Positions 1 to 8,206 of a stretch of DNA of 64,000 bases are shown here, piece by piece. Made by a program: the position numbers and the translations under genes. Source of the DNA: Candidatus Versatilivorator sp. (lineage in GTDB: Bacteria; Acidobacteriota; Terriglobia; Versatilivoradales; Versatilivoraceae); contig OZ242296.1 of assembly GCA_965207735.1 (NCBI GenBank), forward strand, positions 1,696,001-1,760,000, given 5' to 3'. The notes under the pieces are model-generated. The model was not told the DNA's origin and did not search any database. It worked only from the letters and a program-made list of their open reading frames with translations. Each line of letters starts with the position of its first letter. The stretch's first letter is position 1.

Positions 1-408
1 ATCTACCCCTTTGCTCCCTTCATCGAACGCGGGCTGGCCAACTACGTTCGCCTGGACGTCTGCAACGTGGGTGGTTTCACGGCCAGCCGCAAGGTAGCTG
101 CCATGGCCGAGGCCCACTATCTCGACATCGTTCCCCACACGCCTCAGGGGTCGATCTGCCTGGCCGCGTCGGTGCATTTGTGCGCGGCCGTCCACAACTT
201 CGCCATTCTGGAATACAACTGGCAGATGCCCCACCTTCCCCAGGACCTCTTCCCCCGGCAGCTTCAACTGCGGGGAGACGGCTTCCCGCTGCCACAGGGT
301 CCCGGGCTGGGCATCGAGTTCGACGAAGAGGCCGCCCGCCGCTATCCCCCGCTGCCCTGGGAAGCTCCTCACTTCCGGCGCCGCGACGGCGCTTTCACCA
401 ACTACTGA
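1..408 (+). CDS. Mandelate racemase/muconate lactonizing enzyme (enolase superfamily) dehydratase, C-terminal part, truncated by window edge
   Basis: Frame 1 is open from base 1. Motifs RLDVCNVGGFT, PHTPQGSI, ILEY and PQGPGLGIEFDEE match the galactonate dehydratase-like C-terminus. Confidence 0.8.
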   Translation: MYPFAPFIERGLANYVRLDVCNVGGFTASRKVAAMAEAHYLDIVPHTPQGSICLAASVHLCAAVHNFAILEYNWQMPHLPQDLFPRQLQLRGDGFPLPQGPGLGIEFDEEAARRYPPLPWEAPHFRRRDGAFTNY

Positions 409-483
409 GGCCGGCACTGCAAAGTCGGCTCTCCCGGCGCCCTTCGTCCCCGGTCCCGCTGCTGTGCCGCGGAGGCATTCCGG

Positions 484-1803
484 CTATCTGGCCGACGCTT
501 TGTCGTCCTTGACCGGTTTCCAGCGGATGGCGTAGAGGTCGGTCTTGTCCCGGACCGCATCCCAGGAGCGACCCACCGAAGAGGCGGCGATGGTCAGAAT
601 GGTGTCGTCCTCCAGCACCAGGCTGGCGCTGTAGCTGCCGGTGAAGTTGGTGGAGTCCAGGTAGTAGACTTCATCCTCCCAGGTTCGGCCTTCATCCCGG
701 CTGACCATAGCGCGGCTTCCCGGTGGCCCCGGACCGTAACGGGTATCGTGGACGACCACCGCGGTGCCGTCGCTCTGCACCGCCGGATAGCCGAAGGTTT
801 GCCCGTAGACCGTGGTCAGCATGCGTGGCCGGGTCCAGGTGGCGCCGTCGTCGCCGGAGTTCACCAGGAAGACGTTCTTGAATCCGACGTTCTCCGGGGT
901 GCTGGGGTAGGCTCCCATGTGCTCGACGATCGTCGCCGAGTCCTGGGGATGCTTGTCCCGCTGGTATCGCATGGTGGCCAGGATCTCTCCCGAGGGGAGC
1001 CGGGTTGCCGACCCCTCCGAACCCCAATCCCACATCAAGGTCGGCCCCTGCCAGGTGCGCCCCTTGTCCCGGGACCGAAACAGGAACAGACCGTGCTGCC
1101 TGGGCAGCCCGGTCTCGGGGTCGGCGTCACTTCGAACGTCGATGGTCCACAGCAGGGTATCGTCCTGCAGCCGGTCCAGCCCCCGATGGCAGTAGCGTTC
1201 ATCGTAGGGAGAGCCCGTGCCGGGCATCTTCAGGTCCAGGTCGATCCGGGCCGTCCTGTTCCAGGATAGGCCCTCGTCCTGGGAGGTCCACACCTCCGCC
1301 GGCGCCCGCTCGTCCTTTCCGGTGACCACCGCCACGCAGATGAAGGAACCGTCGCTCAAGACCTTCCAGCGGCCGGTCTGGTGGATCTCAAACCCGGCAG
1401 GGGCATTCACCTCCTGCTCCGACCAGGTAAGCCCGCCGTCGGAAGAGCTGGACAGCTTGTTGGCCTGGCGGACGTAGACGGTGCCGTCCGGCCCCTGGTC
1501 GACCGAGGTGCCGCCCTGGGGAGTCATGGGCTGGGCATGCGGCAGCAGAACCTTCTTGACCGGAACCCGGGTGAGCTTTCCCGCCCTTGCATGCAGAACG
1601 TAGTCCGACCGGTGCATGTTCTCCAAGGCTTGCTTGGAGGGCGGCGGCACCCCTCCCAGCTCGCGGGTCATCACCGTCGGATCGGTGATCACCTCCATGA
1701 GGGGCGGCTGCGCGTCCGACCCGGAGGGTCCGGGCGAGGAACAGGAAACCGCCATCCAACCCAGCCCTGCTAATCCGGCAAGTGTTCGGCAACTGATCTT
1801 CAC
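484..1803 (-). CDS. BNR/Asp-box repeat sialidase-like beta-propeller lipoprotein
   Basis: Several Asp-boxes (SSDGGLTW, SQDEGLSW, SRDKGRTW, SGDDGATW, SRDEGRTW), a lipobox-like AVSC, and GGAGG before the GTG start. Confidence 0.75.
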   Translation of the reverse strand: MKISCRTLAGLAGLGWMAVSCSSPGPSGSDAQPPLMEVITDPTVMTRELGGVPPPSKQALENMHRSDYVLHARAGKLTRVPVKKVLLPHAQPMTPQGGTSVDQGPDGTVYVRQANKLSSSSDGGLTWSEQEVNAPAGFEIHQTGRWKVLSDGSFICVAVVTGKDERAPAEVWTSQDEGLSWNRTARIDLDLKMPGTGSPYDERYCHRGLDRLQDDTLLWTIDVRSDADPETGLPRQHGLFLFRSRDKGRTWQGPTLMWDWGSEGSATRLPSGEILATMRYQRDKHPQDSATIVEHMGAYPSTPENVGFKNVFLVNSGDDGATWTRPRMLTTVYGQTFGYPAVQSDGTAVVVHDTRYGPGPPGSRAMVSRDEGRTWEDEVYYLDSTNFTGSYSASLVLEDDTILTIAASSVGRSWDAVRDKTDLYAIRWKPVKDDKASAR

Positions 1804-1860
1804 CCCAATCCTCCTTCCGGGCTAAACGTTCCCGGCGGGCACTTCACCTGCGGGCGCCAG

Positions 1861-2607
1861 TCAGCGCCGTTCCGCCAGATCGTCCCCGACCGGAACAGCC
1901 CGGTAACGGTGTTCGATGGTTCGACCCAGCACAGGGTCGTGCAACCGGGCCAGAAAGGCGTCGCCGACGCCGTGGCCTGTTGCTTCGGGAAGCGAATGGT
2001 CGCGGATGGCCTGGGCCATCGAATCCAGAAAAGACACCGATCCGCAATAGAGAATGGAGGGCAGGACCAGCGACTGCACATCCTCCATGGCCAGCAGATA
2101 TTCCAGGTCCACCAGCGCCGAGGCCGGGCTGTCCTGAAGAGGAACCACCTGTCCTCCCACCGTCACATCGCTGGAGATTCGAAGCTGATCCCAATGGCCG
2201 CGCACCTCGCTGTAGGGCCAGGCGGTTTGGGCAATCGGATGGGGACACATCTGCTTGGGCTTGTCCTGAAACAGCGGGTCCAGCTCGCGGTCGCACTGGT
2301 CGCTCCCGGTCGTGATGAGAATCTCGTTCCCATCCTGAATGGCCACGATTTCGGCCTCGCCGCCGGTCAGCGGACCCTGGACCTCGAACTCCGATGCCTG
2401 GGTCAGCAGATAGCGTCCAATGTGAAAGATGGCCGGATTGGTCTTGGTGCCGGACTCGCCTCGAGCCAGCGCGGCGTCGAGTTCCTTGCGCATGCCGGCC
2501 ACGTCCCGGGACGAGAATCGGGCGCCGGCCACCGACCCGATGGGGATGATTTTCCTCTCGGTCCTGTCCTTGCGCTGCACCAGAATTTCCACGGGTTCAA
2601 TTCGCAT
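1861..2607 (-). CDS. DUF2848 family protein (FAH-like fold)
   Basis: Motifs TGGEAE, GSDQCDRELD, KQMCPHPI, W.Y.EV..HWDQL and L.DPVLGRTIEHRY are typical of DUF2848. Confidence 0.7.
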   Translation of the reverse strand: MRIEPVEILVQRKDRTERKIIPIGSVAGARFSSRDVAGMRKELDAALARGESGTKTNPAIFHIGRYLLTQASEFEVQGPLTGGEAEIVAIQDGNEILITTGSDQCDRELDPLFQDKPKQMCPHPIAQTAWPYSEVRGHWDQLRISSDVTVGGQVVPLQDSPASALVDLEYLLAMEDVQSLVLPSILYCGSVSFLDSMAQAIRDHSLPEATGHGVGDAFLARLHDPVLGRTIEHRYRAVPVGDDLAERR

Positions 2608-2632
2608 GAGCCACTCCCTGTTGCCGGTTGAA

Positions 2633-2694
2633 CATTGTGCGGGGATTTAAACACACTTGCCATCGGACAACAAACGGATTGTTCGGGACAGCGC
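2633..2694 (+). repeat. ~60-bp direct repeat, copy 1 (copy 2 at 5075-5132)
   Basis: Identical 27-bp core CATTGTGCGGGGATTTAAACACACTTG, followed by a similar CATCGG..CAAACGGATTGT..GGGAC.GCGC tail. Confidence 0.85.
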
Positions 2695-2848
2695 CGGACC
2701 CCGTCTCCAGTTTTTCGCAAGACAAATTGCCCCATGCTTCGACAGCAATAGCCCGTGAGGGTTCGAACCTGAAAGAAGTTGCCGGAGAAGCCAACAGAAA
2801 GGCCTCCAAGGCATTCAGCCAATCCAAAGTGCAAGTTTTTATTTACAT

Positions 2849-4335
2849 GAGCCTTTTGCAAAATTCGGAATCGGGCATGACATTGGGCTGGCAACAGTGA
2901 TGTTCCGGCGGTGACTACCCAGCTGCAAAGACCCTTTTGAAGGAAAAAGCCCGAATCTGATGGCCGGATGGCCAGCGGTCGCCGGACGCAGGCACAGCTT
3001 ACCCTCTCCCGGCCTTGAGGCGGGCGAACCTGCTGTGCGGTTGGGGGTGGCAACCCGGTCTTCAGAGCGTCAGGCGCATCAACTGATCCACCGTCAGGGC
3101 CAGAATGCCGAACATCAGGTGGCACCTCACCTTGTCGGGGCCGCGAACCCTCACCTGCCTCCCGCCAAACTCCTCCTTGAGCCGTCCGTTGACCCGCTCC
3201 ACCGTCGAGCGTTCCCGGTAGCGCCGCGCCTCGGGAGTCACTTGGCCGATACAGCGCCGGGCCAGTGCCTCCCGCTTCCGCTCGGCTTTCAAGGTAGCTC
3301 TTCGGCGGGGGTTGACGTCAATAATCGGCACATGCCCCAGCTTCTCACTGAAGGCCCGGATCTCCGGCGCATCGTAGGCGCTGTCCATCAAGTCGTAGAG
3401 ACTCTCGACCCGCCTTGCCGTCAGCGTCGCCAGCGGAATGGCTGCCTGAGAGTCATGCACCGAGGCCGAGGTCAGCAGACAACTGACCGGAATCCCGCCG
3501 TCAATGGCGTCGAGGTGTAGCTTGTAGCCGGTCCAGCTCTCCTGATGCCCCTTGGCGTTGCGCTTGACGCCGATGTCGCAGGCCTTGGGCAACTCCTTCA
3601 ACATTTCCTCCAGCGTCATCGACCCCTGCCGCTCCAGCCGGCTCAACCGCTTGGGCCGTCGCTCGCCCTTCGGCGGCCGGCCCCGCCGGCGTTTCCGCTT
3701 GGCCTCCGGCGCAGCCTTGGCCGCTGGCTTTTCCCGTCCCGCAATCGCCGTCGAGTCCCTCGACACATGCCCCGCCAAGTGGCCCTTCAGCGTCTCCTCC
3801 AGCAATGCCTCGTGCAAACGCCCCGGCAGGTCGCTCTCAGCGAATTCCGCAAAGGCCCGCGAGAAGGTCGACTCGCTCGGTACCTCCCACGCCCTCTCCC
3901 AGCCGCACAGCCGCCGCAGCCTCCCCTCACTCCTCAGCCGCTCCACCAATCCCCGCGTGGTCGCCACCTCCAGCATCGACTTCGCCAGATAGGCTCGCGC
4001 CAGCACTGCCCGATCCTCCAGCGGCCGGCCACGCCAGCCCCGACTGTAAGGCAGCAACTCCTCCACCCGCACCAACTCCAATACCTGCACCAGCCGCTGG
4101 TAACGCTCTCCCAGAGGCCCCAAAACTTCCTCCAGCAGGGGAAACAGCTCTCGTTGAAACCGGAACCAGTGTCGTGATAGGGTTTCCCTAAGGGGCAAGT
4201 TCCACCTCCGTTCATCATGTGGTTCAGACACCTTCATGATACAACAGACAGTGGTCTTGCCCCTCCTTCCACCTGCCCTCCTTGATCTTTCCCCACGTGA
4301 AAATTCCCGCTATCTGCGAATTTTGCAAAAGGCTC
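2849..4335 (-). mobile_element. IS5-like (IS5/IS1182-type DDE) insertion sequence, 1487 bp, copy 1
   Basis: Perfect 19-bp TIRs GAGCCTTTTGCAAAATTCG and a 4-bp target duplication ACAT (2845-2848 / 4336-4339). An inverted copy of the same length lies at 53537-55023. Confidence 0.95.
3062..4237 (-). CDS. DDE transposase (DDE_Tnp_1-like), 391 aa
   Basis: RDSTAI, GYKLHL, MDSAYD and R..VERVNGRLK motifs; lies inside the TIRs. Confidence 0.92.
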   Translation of the reverse strand: MKVSEPHDERRWNLPLRETLSRHWFRFQRELFPLLEEVLGPLGERYQRLVQVLELVRVEELLPYSRGWRGRPLEDRAVLARAYLAKSMLEVATTRGLVERLRSEGRLRRLCGWERAWEVPSESTFSRAFAEFAESDLPGRLHEALLEETLKGHLAGHVSRDSTAIAGREKPAAKAAPEAKRKRRRGRPPKGERRPKRLSRLERQGSMTLEEMLKELPKACDIGVKRNAKGHQESWTGYKLHLDAIDGGIPVSCLLTSASVHDSQAAIPLATLTARRVESLYDLMDSAYDAPEIRAFSEKLGHVPIIDVNPRRRATLKAERKREALARRCIGQVTPEARRYRERSTVERVNGRLKEEFGGRQVRVRGPDKVRCHLMFGILALTVDQLMRLTL

Positions 4336-4357
4336 ACATGTATATCGAAACTCGGGT

Positions 4358-4756
4358 TTCTTCGACGTGGGGTTGGTGAACGAACTCGCCCATCGCGGCA
4401 CCCTGAAGCCCGGTTCGTTTGAATATGGTGCAGCCTTCGAGCACTTCATATTCATGGAGCTGCGCGCGTACTCGGGTTACAACGGTGGGCGTCCCTCCAT
4501 CGCCTACTGGCACACCTCCTCCGGCCTCGAAGTCGATTTCGTCCTGGGGGACGCGACCCTGGCCGTTGAGGTCAAATCGACTGAAAACCCCACCCGCGAC
4601 CACATGAAAGGACTGCGGGCCTGGAAGACCGAGCACAAGGACAGCCGCTGCCTCCTCGTCTGCCGTGCGCCCCGCCCAAGAAAGACCGAAGACGAGATCG
4701 AAATCATGCCTTGGCGATCATTCTTGAATCAGCTTTGGACTGGCGAGTTGTGCTGA
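4358..4756 (+). pseudogene. C-terminal remnant of an AAA ATPase/DUF4143 protein
   Basis: FFDVGL, G.AFE.FI..EL, YWHTSSGLEVDFVL and AVEVKS motifs are present; the N-terminal P-loop domain is missing. Confidence 0.75.
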
Positions 4757-5074
4757 GGTGATCTTCAAGACGCCCTGTTCCCGGTGAAAATCAGCCATGC
4801 TTGCCGGCTGATGGGGCCTTCCGGTAACAGATCTACGAGATAGGGCGCGTTTTGAGGTTAGTGGTTACTGATCACCGACGCTGGCGAGCTTTATTGTTGG
4901 CTTCGATTCGCTTGAAAAGGAAGGCGGCGAGCTATTGGGCCTCAGCCACTTGCTCAGGGGGCATCCTCGCCCTCACATAGTCCTTGGCTTTAGCGAAAGT
5001 CTTGTCTCCGGCTATGTCTCTGAACAATCCTCGGTTGTCAGGCCGAACGATCCCATGCTTTCGATGCGGTTAAT

Positions 5075-5132
5075 CATTGTGCGGGGATTTAAACACACTT
5101 GACATCGGCAAACGGATTGTGAGGGACGGCGC
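5075..5132 (+). repeat. ~60-bp direct repeat, copy 2
   Basis: Matches 2633-2694 with an identical 27-bp core. Confidence 0.85.
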
Positions 5133-5146
5133 TTGCAGGAACGGAT

Positions 5147-5476
5147 TCACCGAACATCACTCGCGAGTCGCGCGCTCACCAGACGGTTGAGGCTCACGCC
5201 CTCTTCCACGGCCCGTGTGGCAAGGGCCCGGTGGGTTTCCGGCGGCACGCGCACCATGAACTTCCCGCTGTAGGCGCGGTCAGCGATTGGCTCAGGAGGT
5301 GCTTCCCCATTTTTTTTCATGTCAGCGAGACAGTCGCGCACAAGCCGCTGTATGCCGGCCAAAGCCATGTTGGGAGTAGATGCCAGCCAGCTTAGAGATG
5401 GGAACTCAGCGCATAGCCCCACATGCTGGTTGTCTTCGGCGGACCAAGTGATACGGTAGGTGTAATGGTCACTCAT
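5147..5476 (-). CDS. hicB: HicB family antitoxin
   Basis: YTYRITWSAED...VGLCAEFPSLSW and the C-terminal YSGKFMVRVPPETHRALA...EGVSLN (RHH). Start overlaps the hicA stop (ATGA). Confidence 0.9.
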   Translation of the reverse strand: MSDHYTYRITWSAEDNQHVGLCAEFPSLSWLASTPNMALAGIQRLVRDCLADMKKNGEAPPEPIADRAYSGKFMVRVPPETHRALATRAVEEGVSLNRLVSARLASDVR

Positions 5477-5721
5477 TTCCTGTCCTCCAATTTCTCAATT
5501 GCCTTAATGACCTGGCGGACTTGATAGGGTTTAGCCATGCCCTTGGCGTTTTGGATGTTGACTCTGGGGTCGGCTGGCCACGGGGTCCGGTAGATCCTAT
5601 GGCTGGCGCCCTTTTGGCGCGGCTCCCCGAAGTATGCCTCACACACTTTGGCCAGATCCGTGAACCGAACACCTTTCGGGTTGTTGCGGAGCGCCTTGAG
5701 GATTGCCGCCGTGCTTGCCAT
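5473..5721 (-). CDS. hicA: HicA family mRNA interferase toxin
   Basis: NNPKGVRFTDL, GASHRIY and AKPYQVRQV motifs. ATG at 5721 chosen because of promoter position. Confidence 0.88.
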   Translation of the reverse strand: MASTAAILKALRNNPKGVRFTDLAKVCEAYFGEPRQKGASHRIYRTPWPADPRVNIQNAKGMAKPYQVRQVIKAIEKLEDRK

Positions 5722-5728
5722 GGGAATA

Positions 5729-5757
5729 ACATTATCAATATTGATACCAACTATCAA
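5729..5757 (-). promoter_or_regulatory. Putative sigma70 promoter with operator palindrome for hicAB, probably leaderless
   Basis: Minus strand reads TTGATA-N17-TAATGT with an extended TG, 7 nt before the ATG. Perfect palindrome TATCAATATTGATA at 5733-5746. Confidence 0.6.
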
Positions 5758-6008
5758 GACTCCGAATCAAAGATGATTGCGACCGGTACCGTTTTTCTGC
5801 CGTCGAGTCTTCGATGACGACAGCGGCAAGAGGACTGGCAGTATTTTTGGAAAATCCGACCCCTTCCACCGGTCGAATCCACTTGACCCGTATTTCTCAC
5901 CAGGACGCTGAGCATAAGGACAAGAGTGCTTGTCTTTAACATCTTGCGGCGCTTTGTTTGGAGTCTTCAGGGTACAGACGGGGAAAGTAGGGGACGAGGC
6001 GGGGGAAA

Positions 6009-6075
6009 GCCCCCCACCGGCTCGACCGCGGGCTTCGCCCCTATCTTGCCGATTCCGCCTCAAGTGGGGAGTGAT
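6009..6075 (+). repeat. Dispersed REP-like repeat (CCCCC..CTCAAG/GGGAGTGAT family), degenerate copy
   Basis: Similar to 46252-46318 and 50947-51014. Confidence 0.6.
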
Positions 6076-6200
6076 GGGAGCGTTGACGGCGACCATGCCA
6101 ATCTGACTCTTTGACTGGCTGGCGCCGTTTTGGAGAGGCGGTGTATTTCGGTAGGACGCTAAGTAACCGCCGCTTACGCGGCTGCAAGCGGTAGAATTGC

Positions 6201-6233
6201 AGATGCCCCCGGGCTCACGCCGCGGGGGCATCT
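6201..6233 (-). terminator. GC-rich hairpin downstream of the 6260-6739 gene
   Basis: 11-bp stem AGATGCCCCCG / CGGGGGCATCT; no clear U-tract. Confidence 0.45.
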
Positions 6234-6259
6234 TGGGGATACGAGGAACAGAGAGGGAT

Positions 6260-6739
6260 CTATTTCTTCTCTTCCTCCCTGCTGTCCTTCCAGTCGCGCA
6301 TCAGAGCCCGGCAGGCCTCCTTGACGGCGTTTCCCAGCGACCGGGTCGAACCGCTCTTGATGGCATCGCCGTCCTCGCGAAAAACCACGTACTTGTTGTC
6401 TTTTCGCAAGAGATCCTTGCCGCCCTCGTGCTCCAGTATCACCACGTAGTCGGCGCGCTCCTCTTTCATGGTGACGATGCAATCGCCGCAGCGTTTGTGG
6501 AAGGTCTTGATGATTTCGGCGGTCTGAGGACGAGCGCCACCGCCGAACTTTCCTCCGAAGGCGCCGATCCCGTCACCGACGCTGGCGCCGCCCCCCCCGC
6601 CTTCCATCTCCCAGGACTGGCTCTCCTTGATAAAGACGCGGGGCTTGGCCTTCTTCCCCTTGCTCCACACCGGAACGGAGGCAACCAGCGCCAGCGAAGC
6701 GACAACCAGGATACTGCAAGCGATTCGGTACGTTCTCAT
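6260..6739 (-). CDS. Hypothetical secreted protein
   Basis: Signal peptide, AGGAGG RBS and a Gly-rich linker. Confidence 0.75.
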   Translation of the reverse strand: MRTYRIACSILVVASLALVASVPVWSKGKKAKPRVFIKESQSWEMEGGGGGASVGDGIGAFGGKFGGGARPQTAEIIKTFHKRCGDCIVTMKEERADYVVILEHEGGKDLLRKDNKYVVFREDGDAIKSGSTRSLGNAVKEACRALMRDWKDSREEEKK

Positions 6740-6815
6740 GGGTTCCTCCTAATTCGCTTTGGCCCCCGATCGGGACCGGGCTTTCACGCCCCCATTTACG
6801 GAACAGTCAAGACCT

Positions 6816-8153
6816 CTAAACCAGGCTCTCGATCGGGACTCCGGTGGCATCTCCGATGGAATTGGCGATCTTGATGGGGCGCCCCACCGGTGTCATGTAG
6901 GTCTTCTCCCAATCGATGCCAAAGGCCTTGTAGAGCGTTGCATAAAGGTCGCCCACCGTGACCATTCCTTCGGCCACCTGGGCCCCTCGCTCGTCGCTGG
7001 CCCCGATGATCTGGCCGCCGCGTATGCCGCCGCCCCCCAGGGCCAGCGACCAGCAATGGGGCCAGTGGTCCCGGCCGTTGTTGGGATTGATGTGGGGCGT
7101 GCGTCCGAACTCGCCCATGACCAGCACCAGGGTGGAGGCCAGCAAACCCCTCTGCTCCAGGTCCTCCATCAAGGCCGCCAGCGCCTGGTCCAGGGGAGGA
7201 CAGAGCTTGTCGCGATGGCCCTGATTGTTATCGGAGTGCGAATCCCATTGGTTGTACTTGTAGCCGGCCGCCGTCACGAACCGGCATCCATGCTCGACCA
7301 GCCGCCGGGCCAGCAGCACACTCTGTCCGAAGCCGTGGCGGCCGTAGGCCTCCCGGGTCTTTTCGCTCTCCCGGGAGAGGTCGAAGGCCTTCTTGACTTC
7401 GGGAGAAAGGATCAGGCTGAGGGCCTGTTGGGTGAAGCTGTCCATCCTGGAGTATTCGGCCACCTCCTCCTTCTGACGGCAGAGGCGGTCCACGATCCGG
7501 AGCAGCGAGCGCCGGTCCTGAATGCGCTCCACCGAGATCCCCTTGGGCAGAGAGAGATCCGGAACCGCGAAGTCCTTGCGGTCGGGATCCGGAACCACCA
7601 TGGGAGCATATTTCGGACCGATGAAGGCCGACCCGAAATAGCGCTCGTAACCCTTCCAGTCGTCGTGCTCGCCATGGCGGACATAGGCGGGCATTCCGTT
7701 GCGCTGGCCCAGCTCCTTGGCCATGATCGATCCCAGGCTGGGGAACTGCATGGCGGGGTTGGGCCGATGTCCGGTGATGGCGTAGTGGGTGGCCTCGGGG
7801 TGGTCGATCTCCTCGGTGTGCATGGACCGAATGATGGACAGCTTGTCCATGTGCCGGGACACGCGGGGCAGCAGCTCCGACACCTGTATGCCGGCCACGT
7901 TGGTGGGAATGGCCTTGAACCCGCTGTTGGGCTTGGGATCCCAGGTATCGACCTGGCTCGGTCCGCCCTCCAGCCAAAGGAGAATGCAGGACTCGGCCTT
8001 TGCCTTCCCCGGCGGCCCCGCCTTGGCCATCAATTCCTTCAGAGCCAGGTACCGGCTCAGGTTGAAGCCAAGCAGGCTCAGCGAACCCACCCGCAGGAAA
8101 TCGCGCCGCCGAAGATTTTCCCCGGTGCACTGCAAGCAGCCTGACCACTTCAT
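6816..8153 (-). CDS. DUF1501 domain protein (Tat-type signal)
   Basis: RRRDFL, ILLWLEGGPSQVDTWDPKP, WDSH, GEFGRTP and GRDHW motifs. Confidence 0.92.
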   Translation of the reverse strand: MKWSGCLQCTGENLRRRDFLRVGSLSLLGFNLSRYLALKELMAKAGPPGKAKAESCILLWLEGGPSQVDTWDPKPNSGFKAIPTNVAGIQVSELLPRVSRHMDKLSIIRSMHTEEIDHPEATHYAITGHRPNPAMQFPSLGSIMAKELGQRNGMPAYVRHGEHDDWKGYERYFGSAFIGPKYAPMVVPDPDRKDFAVPDLSLPKGISVERIQDRRSLLRIVDRLCRQKEEVAEYSRMDSFTQQALSLILSPEVKKAFDLSRESEKTREAYGRHGFGQSVLLARRLVEHGCRFVTAAGYKYNQWDSHSDNNQGHRDKLCPPLDQALAALMEDLEQRGLLASTLVLVMGEFGRTPHINPNNGRDHWPHCWSLALGGGGIRGGQIIGASDERGAQVAEGMVTVGDLYATLYKAFGIDWEKTYMTPVGRPIKIANSIGDATGVPIESLV

Positions 8154-8206
8154 GACATCGCTCCCGGCATGAACATCGGATTCCCTGTCAAGTATAAACC
8201 CGAATC

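Noticed and set aside
2633-2659. Xer dif-like site
   Set aside because: Only a weak resemblance to a XerD arm; no 11-6-11 inverted structure.
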